The notes beneath the pieces were generated by a model. The model was not told where the DNA came from. It searched no databases and saw nothing but the letters and a program-made list of their open reading frames with translations. A DNA stretch of 64,000 bases from Lama guanicoe. Lineage: Eukaryota. The stretch is from positions 1,414,927 through 1,478,926 of the forward strand of contig MU053513.1 of the NCBI GenBank assembly GCA_013239625.1, given 5' to 3'. Position 1 is the stretch's first letter. Every line of letters starts with the position of its first letter. Below are positions 37,801 to 51,600 of this stretch, one piece after another. The position numbers and the translations under genes were made by a program.

Positions 37801-40288
37801 AAAATTTTTCACTGATAAATGTTTAAATATTGATTTACGTATTCATTTTAAAATAACAAGAATAAACCCATTTCATGCTAATAAAAATAACCTTTTTATG
37901 GAAAAAAAGGTTTTCAAACAAAATCTTTAAAAGAGTAGAATTGCTTTCTATTTTTGCCGTCTTCCTTAATGTCTGGCCTAATAGAAAACAACTAGGCTCC
38001 TACAGCTGCTTCTGCATTCAATCTGTTGAGATATCACATCTCAGGCATCCTCTGGAAAACTTCACTGTACACACATAAGAAAAGAAAATGAGAGTGAAGA
38101 TGACAAATAACATCTTTTTGTTACTATGGAAACCATTTTTACTTTGCAGACATCTTAAAAGAATCTCACCACCCCTCAGGGGCCCCTAACTAACTCTGAG
38201 AACCACTGAACTAGAATATAAACCCAGTGAGGGCAGAGATTATGTTTTGTTGACTGTTGTATTCGCAGGACCGAGGCCTGGCATAGAGCAGACACTCAAT
38301 AATACTCATTAGCTAAATGCATGAACGTGGCTATATTGTGAAAGACATTGAGTGCCTGGCTAATGAGTTTGCAATTGACTTAGTAGGTAAAGGAGAGTCA
38401 GAGGGGTATCTGAGTGGGAGAATGTAATAATCTGATTCATCTGACCACACCAAGGAGGATGGGTTGGAAAGAAGTGTAACTTGGAGACATTGGTGCCAAG
38501 TAGGATGCTCTTGATTTAGTCCTGGTGAGAAATCATGAAGTTCTGAAGTGGGAGGAAGACTGTACAGACGGAGAGAGGACAGAAGTGAGAAATCAATGAA
38601 TGCAGGGTATTGGCCCTCAACTGGAGATCCATGAATATAACCTGACTTTGTCTATGTGATCTTCTCCAAGTCAATCAATTCATTGTTCATTTTTACTTTC
38701 CTCATCAGTAAAATAAAATAATGTATTAAAAAAAGGATTGTCACTTTCTTTCAACTATTCTTAAAGTAATTTGCAGATGATACAACTGTATCACCAAAAT
38801 ATTAATTTTAAATGTCACAAAATCTTAATTCCTTATTGGTAAATATTCCTGAATTTACTGAGGCTAAGACTGGTCATTAACTAATCTCTTCAAAAGCAAG
38901 ATTAGAGAATAAATATTAAACTTCAATGTTAGCTGAAGTGTTTGCTTGGGGAAAAAATAGTTATCATTTATTAAGGAGGCTTTTTAACTTACTTAAATCT
39001 CAAACAATTCCTACGATGTAAGGATTTTCCCACATTTTGCTAATCAGGCAATATTAAGAAATATACTTGGGGTAAGTAACAAAATTAGGAGTTAAACAGA
39101 TATATCTGATTCTAAAACTTATGGTCTTAACACATAATACTGCCTCAAGGAAATTGAGATACTGATCAAATTTGGCTATGTTGTTATCAGTTTGAAAGTA
39201 TGGGTTGACAAAAAGAAAAATATGGCACCTAGAGAATCAAACTAATTATCACCTTAATCCAGAATTATCAGAGAAAATTAGACTCTCTCAGTTTAACATG
39301 GCAGGAAAAAATGACTCTCTCTAGTTAATTAAAATGTTAGGAAACTCTGGGCAAAAAATGGAGGAAAGAGGACAGAGCTTGGAAAATTTTGAGGGAAACA
39401 GAAAAAAAAAAAAAGACATCATCTCATCTTATTTTCAACCTGAGCATCCCACTGAGAAAGAAACAGGCTCTGTTCTTCATCACTTCTTTGTTCGTTTTTG
39501 GCTAAAGCAAATTCAGGTCATCCACTCTGGGAATAAATGAGATGTGCTCTGAGGTAGTTACCAAATCAGCGGCGGCACAAGCAGTTCTGCTAGTGAAAAT
39601 TCGCCCAGCTGTCTGCCTCAGACATCGGCTCAGACTTCAATTCCCCGGGGCCATTTGGTTGAAAGGATTTCATAATGATTTTCAAGAGGCCATTTAGAGT
39701 TTGTATTTTATCTCAGGGAAAGAGGGGATGCATTTGTTCTCTGCTTCAAAGCAGAAATATGCTTGACTTTGTAAAGATGGCAAAATGAGAACATTCACCT
39801 GGAGTTTTGTAAAAATTATTCCTCATCGCGTCTCTCTTCTGTCCAATTTCCCAGTAATTGTTGGAAGACCAATTCGGTAACCTTTCGTAACCTACTTCTA
39901 GGGTAATACAGTCTTAATTTATAACATCAGGGCTCATTATTATTTTGCAGTGTGCTGAGATGCATCAGTAAACTCCTGGCTATTTTTCATTTATTCAATA
40001 AACTTTGAGAAATTACCATGTGCCAGGCAGTATGTGAGGTACTGAGGATGCAAAAATGAACGAAACAGGTCCTTACCTTCAAAGTGGTCACTAGGTAGTG
40101 AGGAGCTAGACAGACAGGTAAGGAGCTAAGTATTCGTGGGTGTGTTCATATTATCAACACTACGAGCAACTACTATGTTCCAGGTATTCATGTTAGATTC
40201 TGGGGGTCTGCTGTTTGCAAAAAAAAAAAAAGGAATACTATCCAGGTGAAGCAAAGACAAATTCAAAAGTAATTTAAAAATCAGTAGA

Positions 40289-40445
40289 GGGGAGGGTATA
40301 GCTCAGTGGTAGAGTGCATGCTTAGTATGCATGAGGTCCTGGGTTCAATCCCCAGTCCCTCCATTAAAATAAATAAGTAAATTAACCTAATTACCTCCCC
40401 CCAAAACAAAAAATACATGAATAAAATATTTTAAAAATAAATTTT
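40289..40445 (+). mobile_element. tRNA-derived SINE (vic-1 type), well preserved
   Basis: GGGGAGGGTATAGCTCAGTGGTAGAGTGCATGCTTAGTATGCATGAGGTCCTGGGTTCAATCCCCAG with intact A/B boxes; no tRNA acceptor stem, AT-rich tail. Confidence 0.92.
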
Positions 40446-41959
40446 AAAAAATCAAAAGCAGTAGGAAATGAGCATTCTGATACGAGCTATGTGGAAATGA
40501 GACAGACTTTGCCTGAGGTAGTCCTACGCCTTTGGCCATGGGGTGAAAGAACATGAAAAAGGCAGTCAGCAAGGCAGAAGGCAGGCAGGCAAGAAGCGCA
40601 GTAGCCCAGAAGTCCGGCCTGGTGAATTAGTAGCCTAGTAATGTCCCCATCTGGCTTTGAGGAAGCAGACCAACCAAGGTCACTGCGTTCTCCTTTGAGA
40701 TTTTTCCATGAGTTGCATTAATGCCATAAGATTAGCAGAGTATTTACATGACAATCAAGCCTGGGTACTGAGGGTTGGGGGTGGAGGGAAAAGGTAGTAA
40801 CTGCGAGTAAAATGATCCTAACACCACTATTCTGGTGAGAAGTACGATCTGCTTTTTGAACACATCCTTTCACCCACTCACTTTTATACCAACCCAGCAC
40901 CATTCTTTATATTTACTAACCTATGGGGCTTATATTGACTTCCAATTATTTCACTTGAGTAATACTCTTAATTAGTATAAACACGAGTCCTTTAGTTTCT
41001 CTGAACCACTGCCAAGTTCAGCTTTCCCCTCAGTGAGTGGAAACTTAATTAACATTTTGTTCATTTCTAGAATGGTTTCAATTTTCCCTTCTCTGGGGTT
41101 TCCACCTGCTCAGAGCAGGGGCAGAATGTTCACAGATAAAAAATACAGTAGATGAGGCATAAAAGTTCACATGGAACGAATCCAGTTCTCAGGATGATTC
41201 AGAAAACTCTGACTGCTTTAGAAACTATTGTGGCTGGTTGTATATGAAGTATTGATTCCTATATAACAGGGGAAGGGGGGGCTTGAGATAGCCTTACAAT
41301 CGTTTTGTTTATGCTATAGCTCCCAGGGCTTCTTTAAACTAACCCTGGCCTCTGCTGCCCCAGGAAAGCTTAGACCACAGTTGAAATTCAAACAGAAACA
41401 AAAGAAGTTAATTTTTAGCTTTTACACTTACAGAGCTGAGATCCTGCCATAAGCAATAGATTTGCAAGACTATTTAACCAGCCACATCTTCCATCCCTCC
41501 TTCATCCACCACCTGGGACTGCAAATAAAACCTTTGTGGACTGGAGGGGGTGGCAAGTGCTTGGCGACAAAGCAAAAGAATTAGAAATGTTATGGGAGTT
41601 TTGCTCTTTGCCCGCCCATCCAGGGACTTGTGGGATCAAAGAGGGGTACAGGTGGTTCTCCCGTTAAGCCCAAGGATCTCAGACAGACCTCAGGAAGGAG
41701 CCCCCAAGCCTGCGAGCCCTCAGTCACACAGAAGAACAGTGGGCCGCCAGACGGGCCTGGAAAGAGCCCTGAGTTTCCTCTTGGTCCCGGAGTGGCACAG
41801 CAAAGCATCTGAAGTTCCTATGCCCCACCCACTGTGAGAGACACAAAAGTTAGCAGAGAGAACTAGATCCCTGAGGGTCCCACAGCGTAGCTGGCAGAAT
41901 TCTGAGCTGGTCCCAAGAGTCCCACCCACTTGTGTCTGCCCCCTAGAGTGTGGGTAGCA

Positions 41960-43046
41960 TTTGTGTATCGAATGAGATCTTACAACCGGGCTAAGGCTAT
42001 CTAATATAACAAAAGTGAAGGTAATCTGAAGATGTAATCAAGACGCCTAATCTGTCAACTTGGAGTTAGTCAAGAAGTTCATCCTGGGTGGGCTGACCTA
42101 ATCAGGCAGCCCTTTAGCAGGCATTCCCTGGAAGGAGGGAATGGATGTGACAGATTCTTCAAGTCATCCTGAAGAAGCAACGAGCTGTGTTCGAGGAAGG
42201 CCCGCGAGCGGGCCACACGGCCAGGACCTGGGAGCAGCACTGGACGCTGAGAGTGGTCCCTGACCGACAGCTAGCAAGAAAATGAGGACCTCAGTCATTA
42301 AACCACAAAAAAATAAACTCTGCCAACAGCCTAAATGAGCTTAGAAGCAGATGTTCCCAGTCGAGAACACAGCCTGGCTGACCCCCTGATTTCAGACTTA
42401 CAAGACACTGAGCAGTAGGCCTAGGCCAGCTAAACTGAGCTAAACTCTGCCTGGACTTCTGACCCATAGAAACTGTTGGATAATATGCATCTTGTACAAA
42501 CAGACCACTCAAGACAGCGGTTCTCTTGCTCTCTGTACATCCCCTGCTCGACCAGTGCCTGCCTCACCTACACTCTGTTCACCTGACTGACCTTCCCTCT
42601 TTACATACAGCCTAAGCAGCAACTGTGTAAGTGTTTGCCCTCACCACCCCTGGCCCCAGCTAGTGATTGTTCTAATCTTTAGATCAGAACGTCCCCTCTA
42701 TGATAGTTCATCAAAAGGGAAGTGAGGGATGTGCCCTCTGCCTGTTTCCCCGGTAATCGATGAGCCAACCTGATGTCAGTTCCCCCGAAAACTGGTAACC
42801 TCCCTCTCCCGACAGCGGCAAAGATCGCTGCCCCGCCTTCTGTCTGCTGTACACAGTGGGGCGTCATTCCAGGGCCTTGCTTTGGGCGTGTAAGGTCCCC
42901 TGGCCCATGAACCACTGAGGTCTCTGTCGCTGACTCCTGGCTCTTTCTTTGGTCTTGCAGCCAGCCTGCGGGGCACAGCCCAGCAGGTGTTGCTTATGCC
43001 GCTGGGCTTGTGGTCATCTGTTACACAGCAACAGAAAACTAACTCA
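41960..43046 (+). mobile_element. MaLR (MLT1E/F-like) LTR interrupted by a ~490-bp LTR-like insert (~42493-42986)
   Basis: GCTAGCAAGAAAATGAGGACCTCAGTC...GACTTCTGACCCATAGAAACTG, then resumes GTGTTGCTTATGCCGCT...TGTTACACAGCAACAGAAAACTAACTCA; insert has TG...CA ends. Confidence 0.7.
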
Positions 43047-43047
43047 C

Positions 43048-43380
43048 TGGACCTAGAGATTGTCACACTAAATGAAGTCAGTCACAGAAAGACAAATACC
43101 ATATGATACCACTTACACGTGGACTCTAAAATACGATATAAATGAACTTACTTACAAAACAGAAACAGATTCAGAGACACAGAAAACAAACTTATGGTTA
43201 CCAAAGGGCAAAGGGATGCAGGAGGGATAAACTGGGAGTTTGGGATTAGCAGATACAAACTATTATATACAAAATAGATAAACACCAAAGTCCTACTGTA
43301 CATACAGCACAGGGAACTTTATTCAATATCTCATAATAAACCACAATGAGAAAGAACATGAAAAAGCATATATATATATA

Positions 43381-43413
<33 letters not shown>

Positions 43414-43414
43414 G

Positions 43415-43449
<35 letters not shown>

Positions 43450-43530
43450 TATGTATAACTGAATCACTATGCTGTACACCAGAAACTAACACAACATTGT
43501 AAATCAACTATACTTCAATTTAAATAAAAA
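43048..43530 (+). mobile_element. L1 3' end with expanded (TA)n/(CA)n
   Basis: TGGACCTAGAGATTGTCACACTAAATGAAGT...TGTAAATCAACTATACTTCAATTTAAATAAAAA; microsatellite ~43368-43450. Confidence 0.9.
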
Positions 43531-45074
43531 AGAGAGAGAATGAACTTTGGCAAAAGTAAAAAAAAACAAAATAAAACAGAAAAACTAATTCTCACAGCCA
43601 GGAATGAGAGGATATAGGATTGGATCATGAGGCTAAGGACTGGATGAGAAATGGGTAACAACTCTGTGGATGCTGGCATGGATGGGGACACTGAAGGCTC
43701 GACAAGACAAGCACCTTCTCAGGGGACAGCAACAATGACCTAGAAACGTTTGACTGAGACACAGAACCTTCCCACCTTCTTGGGATGGTATTTGCATCTC
43801 TCCCCAAGCCATGCTTAGCAGCAACTCCAAGGACAGGAAAGTTGTGGAAGATAGTGTTGAAAATCCTAAATGTGACTGAGTTTAAACCTGAAACATGTAA
43901 GAAAAATGTCAGAAGGACCTTAGTTTATTTCTAAACGTTGGGAGTCAGATTTCTGCTTTAAAACAGAACAAGGATTCAGATTAGAAATGTTTAGTCAAAG
44001 GAGAAGGGAGAGGCTTCATTTTCAGAGTCCGTCTGCAGCATGTGAAATCCGTTCCCACCACCTTCCAAGGGACTTTTGCCTCAACGGGCAGGGCCCTCCT
44101 AGAGGAGCACAGAGTCAAGGGTTAACATAATCTCCTCTCTCTCCCCACATTGTAACCCAGCAGAAATTGGTTTAAATGAACTCCAAGGGTAGCCTTCAAA
44201 AGTTGCCTCAGAGACTTCCAGGGTGAAAGGGCAGAATGAAGCCAGAAGGCAGACCCTGGCCCACTCCAACCCTGGCAAAGGGGACACCAGACCAATGTTA
44301 AGAACCAGCAGCACGCAAAGGAACACAACTTCAAGACAACGTTTGAAATAGTGACTGGACAAAAAGAAATAGAAGATTCCAGGAATCAAGGTATGTTTCC
44401 TCCCCCTTCACTCTCTCTCCCTTACCCACCCCCCACCCCCACTCCTCAAACAACCCATAGGACGAAAGGTGAGGGGATAGAGTCCTGGGAAAAGTTCATT
44501 AACGTCTTCAAGGAAGAAACAGGTAAATGAAGATGGAAAAAAGCAGCCAGGAAAACACCCAGGAGACCCCTTAACACGAGAAACGTCTTCACCAGAAGCT
44601 CACCATTTTCTTCTTTCTAGCTGATGGAAAACAAGCAATGGAAAATTCTACCCAAAATACATAAATAACATTAAAAAAAAGCTATAAGAAAGATAAATAA
44701 TCCAATAGGAAGATGGGTAATATTCACAAACGAATGTCTCAAAAGAGAGGAAACAAATATTGTAAGTATGTAAAAAAGACACTCAGCCTCATTAGTAGTC
44801 AGTAAAGTGCATTAACACCACAGTGAGATTTTATTTTACACCCAACAGATTGGTAAACACTAAAATGCATGGCAATGGCAATCATGAGTGTGAAGGAATG
44901 GGGGTTCTCATCCACTGGCAGTTGGGGTAGAAATTACAAGCTCTGAGAAGCGATTCAGCTTTGTTTCCAGTGGGAAGAACTAATACCACATTTGAGCATG
45001 CTGCTTGGACCCTTTTAGCAAATAACCCGTTAGGCTACTTGTTTTTAGGTGGGTCCAGAATTAAAGAAGTCTGC

Positions 45075-45308
45075 AGCAGCCACTCTGGAAAACAGTACTG
45101 AGTTTCCTCAAAAAATTAAAAACAGAACTACCATATGATCCAGCAATTCCACTCCTGGGTATTCATCCAAAGAAAACAAAAAGACTAATCAAAAAGATAC
45201 ATGCATCCCCATGTTCACTGCAACATTATTCACAATAGCCAAGATATGGGAACAACCTAAGTGCCTAGGATATGAATAGATGAATGGATAAAGAGGATGT
45301 GATACATG

Positions 45309-45357
<49 letters not shown>

Positions 45358-45645
45358 GAATATTATTCAGCCATAAAAAAGAGTGAAATCTTGCCATTTG
45401 CAGCCACATGGATGGACTTTGAAGTCATTATGCTAAGTGAAATAAGTCAGAGAAAGACAAATACTTTATGATCTCACTTATATATGGAATCTAAAAATAA
45501 GAAAGTAACAAAAAAATGAACTCACAGATACAAACAGCTGGTTGCCACAGACAGAGAAAACTGTGGTTAAAAGGTACAAACTTTCAGTTATAAGATAAAC
45601 AAGTCTTGGGAATGTAATGTACAGCATGGTGACTACAGTTAAGTA
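45075..45645 (+). mobile_element. L1MA-like ORF2 end plus 3' UTR
   Basis: CAGCCACTCTGGAAAACAG...GAACTACCATATGATCCAGCAATTCCACTCCTGGGTAT...GTACAGCATGGTGACTACAGTTAA. Confidence 0.88.
45308..45355. repeat. (GC)n(CA)n compound microsatellite
   Basis: GCGCGCGC followed by about 20 uninterrupted CA units. Confidence 0.95.
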
Positions 45646-45860
45646 AAAAGGAAAAAAATATCTCTGCAGAAGGTCCCAGTTTTGATGCACTACCCCCTTC
45701 CACTCACTGCTCAGCACCAGCAAATCCAGGGGAACTCCAGGTGTCTGTAGTTAGTAAGGACACAGCATGGAGTCTCTGGCAAGTCCTAATAAAAGAATCA
45801 CAGTAAAGACCCCCAATCATCCACCTCTACTGGTAACAACTCACCTTTTGAGAAACAGCT

Positions 45861-46120
45861 CATTGGGAATCAGCAGATACAAACTACTGTATATAAAATA
45901 GATAAACAACAAGGTCCGACTGTATAGCACCGGGAACTGTATTTAATATCTTGTAATAATCTATAATGGAAAGAATCTGAAAAGGTATATATATATATAT
46001 ATATACACACATACATATAGAATATATACACAATTGAATCACTATGCTGTACACTAGAAATTAACACAACATTGTAAATCAAATAAACTTCAGTTTTAAA
46101 AATTAAAAAAGAAAAAAAAA
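45861..46120 (+). mobile_element. L1 3' end with 10-bp TSD
   Basis: L1 3' UTR plus A tail; TSD AGAAACAGCT at 45851-45860 and 46121-46130. Confidence 0.9.
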
Positions 46121-48397
46121 AGAAACAGCTTCTAACTACCAGACCAATTGAGACTAAGTGCTCACAAAGACCCCAGCTGCCCATCACAAACTATTTGATC
46201 CACCATGTCCATCATCTCTTGCTGCATAACAAGTTACCTCAAAACACAGCAGCCTAAAACAACAATTCAGATAACAGAGTTCACCATGCAACCAGCAGAA
46301 AGGAGAGGATCTGCTTTATTCAATGTATCTATATCCAAATGGTGATTTTTAAATTATATTTGCAGATTTTAATAATCAAATGGAATAATTTTAGTAATTC
46401 AACCAGTGAGTACCTACTGCCTCACTCTGCAAATAATTCTTAGATTTTTACAGACTTAAGTAGTTATGTCTATGAACTGTAGGAACTATTGGAATAATCT
46501 ATAGTAAGGAGTAGGTAAAGTATTTCCTGTATAAATCCTCATTTTCCCAGAATTACAATACTTGAGAAAATTTTGGAGCACAGTTATCCTGAAATCATAA
46601 TGTAAACACAAGTTAGTGTTGCTGCTTATTCTCAAGTGAATCCTCACCAGGAAATCGACCTGACAGACCCTGGCTGCAGAGAAAGATGGTAAATACCTCT
46701 GGTCTCTCCAGCGTAACTCTCTCAGCTGCATCTTCCCCCAAACAGTCACAGAGATGGTTCTCCTGAAAGTGCATTTTAAAGAAAAGGAGATGAATCGATG
46801 ACAATAACCAGAACTAAACAAATGGCTGTCCCCGGGCTCCCACAGATGAGCTATGGGCTCTCTGCCGTATCAGCATCTGGAAGCACATTCATGCAACATC
46901 TGTACAGCCAGGCATTGCCAGACAAGGCGAACAGAATGAACACATGTATGTACCATCTGAGCCCCCACAACCACCAAGAACAAAATCTTTGGTGAGATTC
47001 CCAGTGAAGATTTAGAATACTTAACCAAGTTTCAAAAATATCCCCAAACCCAGCAATCTACTAGAATTTCCAGGTTAGGAAGTAAGCAGCTTACTGTCAT
47101 TTCTCCCATCCCATAAAATCAGCAGAAATTTTGATTATTCTGTAGGTACATCTTATCCTGCTCTGGGCTACATCCAGCAGAAATTACATATGAACTATTT
47201 CAGGTCACTAGAGTCATTTAAATCATTTCTGCTTCAAGCTGATGAAAGCAAGGTCAAGGTTTCAGCCCTCTGTTGGATCAGGCAGCGTCTCTCCGTTCTT
47301 TGAGCGGTGTTTAACCCTCCAGAGAGCACCCCAAGGTGCTGTCAGAACCAACCTTATTATCTTGCTTCCTCGACTCCTTGCATGGCCCCTTTAAATCAAA
47401 AATATTAATTCGGAACCCCTTCTTCACTATTTGACCCACGGTTTACCTTCCCATGCTTGTTCTTGATTGTTGAACTACTGATTTCATTCTTGACTCAGGT
47501 GTGGGTTTCTTAAACCCTATGTCTCCCATTCCTCTCCTGGAACTATAGGCTGGTTCTATCTCCTTCAAACGCTCAGATGCCTGTACCTGTTCCCTGTTTA
47601 GCACCACTAGGAAAGCACCTTCCCTCACTGCACTGTAATTGTGGGGCTTCCTTTCTGCATCAGAAGCCCCTGGCACTGTGCTTTGGTCACTTCAATGACC
47701 TCAGTCCTTAGCAAAAGGCCTGACACGTGGTAGCTTCTCAATCAATGTTTTTTGAATGAATGACCTGGTTTCTTGACTATAGCTCTGGATTGCTCTTTTG
47801 AATTTAGCTTCCAACCACACTTTCTTTCCCAAGGATGAGATCTTTTACTTAAATACTGGCCTAGACGTCCCTTAGCAGCCCACCCAGGTGCAGAGACTTC
47901 GGATCAAGATAGTATGTGACATTCTGCTGCTCCCTCCTGGCCATAGCCAGCCGTGTGCCACTCAGCAACCTTTTCTGTACCCCGGGTGAGATGTAAGTGT
48001 GTCCTTGGACACAAAGGGACTGGGCAGAAGAAACAGCACAAATCTATGTCCACTATTGAAATAAAAATCCATCTGATCTGCCAACATACACAGTTGAGTG
48101 CCTACCAATTAATGGGCACCATGCTGGCTTTACTATGTCCCCTCATTTAATCCTGTCAAGCCTACAAGGAAGACATCATTATCTCCATTCTACACACAAG
48201 AAAAGTAAGACACAGAAGTTTATGTAACTAACCAAAGATGACATAGCTAAGTAAACAGTGAAGTTGGGATTCACACCCAGGTCTGTCCAACTTCAACAAC
48301 ACCGAGGCTATTTCCACTATACCACGAAGCCATACTATGGTGCTCTTAAAAATTGGGCACTAACAAATATACCAAATATACCAAATATACCTGATAC

Positions 48398-48715
48398 TTT
48401 TTTTTTAATTGAAGTATTGTTGATTTCCAATGTTGTGTTAGTTTCTGATGTACAGGATAGTGATTCAGTTATACATTTATCTTTATATTTATATATTATA
48501 CAAATATATATTTATATATTATATTTATATATTATACTATATATATATATTCTCTTTCGTGTTCTTTTTCATTATAGGTTATTACAAGATATATTGAACA
48601 TAGTTCCGTACGCTATACAGCAGGGCCTTGTTTATCTATTTCATATATAGTAGTTTATATCTGCAAATCCTAACCTCCTAATTTTTCCCTCCCCCAACTT
48701 TCCCTTTTGGTAACC
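48398..48715 (-). mobile_element. L1 3' end
   Basis: TTTTTTTTTAATTGAAGTATTGTTGATTTCCAATGTTGTGTTAG...TTTCCCTTTTGGTAACC; AT-rich internal tract. Confidence 0.9.
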
Positions 48716-51019
48716 TAATAACTCCTGAAACAACGAAAAACATATCTTCAAAATAGAAGACCAAGACTAAGAAAAGAGTAAGGCTTTGTAAACAAGGGAA
48801 AACAAAGTCCTTTGGTCAAGGGAATCTGATGACAGTGAAGACAGACGTAGCAATGCAAAATGTTGTAACTATGGATGAACTGAATTAATGATGGTGCAAC
48901 ACATTAATGAATCATAGTAAGGTTTAAAATAATTAGAAAAGTCAGACTGGACTTCACAAATAAGAATCTCTGATCTTTTTTTTTTTAAACAACACTATTT
49001 GAACAAAGAGAACGCTACACAAGAACCAGGAGTTAATTATAAAATTGTAATCGTTTTTCCCACTCTGCTTTTTCAAGCACACAAACTGTCTCATTAGTTG
49101 TTGTGAATACTAAATAACCCAGGCCAGAAGTCGACTAGCACGCAAATAACTGTGCAACACAAAATGTTCTCCTACTATCAGATGACTGAGCAAGATTAAT
49201 CAGAGAAAGCATTTTCACTTTCAGATCATCTTCCAATACTTACCTGGAGAAAGTATTTAACTATTTCCTTGATCAAATGACAGATAATAGTACAGACAAA
49301 ATTTACATGAGGGAAAAAAATGTTTTAGAAAAAGCCGGAGTTTTCATATATAAGTCTGGGCTTTTTAAACTAGTTGCAAGTCACCTCTCATTTGCCTCCT
49401 TTGCCAACACCCCTCCCCAACTATCTGACTGACTTGATAAATTGCCAACATTAAAAAAAAAAAAAAATCCACTCCCTAGCACGTTCCAGCCACCACACTG
49501 ACCTTCTTTCAGTCCCTGAAACGTGCCAGCTTTTTCCCATGTCGAAGTCTTCACTCCATCTGCTTCAGTTTCTGCATCCTTCCGTCCCAGCCTAAGAGTG
49601 GTACTTCCTCGGGGAGGCCTTTCCTGACCACTGAATGCGAAGCCATCTCCCATGCTATTTCCTCTTGCATCACCCGTCTCTCTCCCACCAAAGCACTGGC
49701 TGCTCTTTAGTACGATATGTTCCAGTGAGAACGTACATTCTCAACTCTCTCCTTTACTAACCCCAAGAGGATAGGCACCTTGGGATTTTGTGCATCCCTG
49801 TTTATCCAAGACCTAGCCTAGTGTTCAGTAGTTAATAGGAGCTCAAAAATATTTGCTAAGTAGTGAATACACAAGTGTCAAATTCAGGGGAGGCATTTGG
49901 GCTACAGATTTGACTTTAGAAGCTATTAGCTATTAGTATATCTGAAGCCACGAGGCTTATATTACAGAAATGTTCCTGAAATTGATATCAAATATTTGTT
50001 TTTGTAAATTGTGCTCCTCCCCTTTGCTCTAACTAAGCCCAATGGGGACCACTGATGGATCACAGGCCCCCTAGCTAGGATGCTGATGCTCCCGGTGGGT
50101 CTCAGAACAGAGATGACTGTAGGGCACAAATCTTTTCACTGCCTGACCCCTTGATTCTCCACTATACCAACAGATCACACTTTACCAACAAGTTAGGTGT
50201 AGCCAAAGAAAATTATCATGTGGAGGGTGAATATTCTTAACCATATGATAAGTAGGACTGCCATTAGAATCCAAAGGAAAAACAAAAAAAGATAAAACCT
50301 TTCACAGTGCTGTCCTCTTAGTCACATCCCAGTTTCTAATCTTGCACCCTTGCCTTCATCAAACCCCTAGAATGGGACTCTCCACCCTATTTTAGGATAA
50401 CCTCACCCTCTTTCCACTGGCATTGGACTTACTCTAGAGTACACCCTCCAATTCGCCACCCATCCCAGCTCTGAGTGGTCTGCAGGATACAGTAACCACG
50501 CAACAAAGCATTCCCCCAAATCTGAGTTATTCAAAATAGAATTTCGTCACTGGGGACTACTTCAAGGCAGTTCAAGGCAGGCTTTGGCAGGCTCACGCCT
50601 GGCTTTCTGGAGTCTCCTGACCACTGCGAGAGGCACCTCTCCTTACTTGTACTTCTTGATCATTCAGTGGTTAACTATTGGCTCACTACTGGCTCAAACA
50701 CACACACATTCACTTCCGAATGACAAATATTAAGCCTTAGAGTCAATGTAGGCCAAATCCAGACAAAGACAGACAAACGCTTTTCCCAGTGCATATAATC
50801 TGCACCTCTACCTGTCCACGACAGAGACAGCAACTTGTATTATTGTGCAAAGTCGTGGGAATTCCCCTCTGTTCATCCTCTTCTTTTGATCTGATGCCTT
50901 GGGGTTTATCAACGAATAAAAAACATCTAAGATATTTTCAATAGTTTTGACCCACTAAAGAGCCATCTATCCCTTCTCAGTACTACTGAGCTGAACCACC
51001 CTCCAGCTGAAACCACGAA

Positions 51020-51600
51020 ATTCAACATTTTTAATTCAATTTGTGAATCAAATTTTTGAGATGGGCATTCTCTAGCAATCTGTTAAATTATGGTTTAGCT
51101 GGATATATAGAATTCTAGGTTAGAGTTTATTCATTTAGCTTCCCCTCAGAATTTTAAAGATAACATTCCATTTTCTTCTGGCCTCTGTTAATGCTGACAA
51201 GATGTCACTGTCAGTATAACTGTCCTCAGTAAGTACTCTGTCTCTTCTCTCTGGAAGCCCTTAAGATTCTTTTCGGTCTTTGATCTAGTTTTTCCACAAT
51301 GTTTCTAGATATAAATTTTGCTTTTTTTTTTTAATCTTGACCCAGACTGATGCTCTTTTAACCTGATGATTTATGTCTTTTTTTAATTCTAAAAATTATT
51401 TCTCTTCAGATATTGTCTTTTCCCCCAGTCTGTTCTGTCCTTCTTGATCCTATTAAATAGATGTAGAAACTTTTCAGTATAATCTCTCTGTCAGACTCAG
51501 TATCTCTTCCCTGTATACTGTATTGAGTGACTTTCTCAAACCTACCTTCACGTTTACTAGTGTTATATTCTACTATGTCTAGTCTACTATTTAAGTTCAG
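51020..51600 (-). mobile_element. Ancient L1 internal fragment
   Basis: TTAGCTGGATATATAGAATTCTAGGTT...CATTCCATTTTCTTCTGGCCTCTGTTAATGCTGACAAG resembles antisense old L1 ORF1-region sequence. Confidence 0.6.

Larger units (their letters stand above)
36873..38208. mobile_element. hAT/Charlie-like DNA transposon, interrupted by an L1 3' end and an LTR
   Basis: Left end CAGTTCTCCAACTTTTTGGTCTCAGGACCCCTTTA, right end TGAGAACCACTG (TIR-like); host sequence resumes at ~37800. Confidence 0.65.

Noticed and set aside
40289..40365. tRNA-like sequence (also 3910-3984 and 22595-22668)
   Set aside because: SINE heads: no closing acceptor stem, shared AT-rich tails and TSDs; not tRNA genes
41935..41950. 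Weaker CTCF-like motifs (also ~24822, ~52268)
   Set aside because: Mismatches or spacing errors in the core; not supportable without a PWM scan
49236..49248. ATACTTACCTGG resembling the U1 snRNA 5' end
   Set aside because: Similarity stops after 12 nt; it is simply the complement of a consensus splice donor
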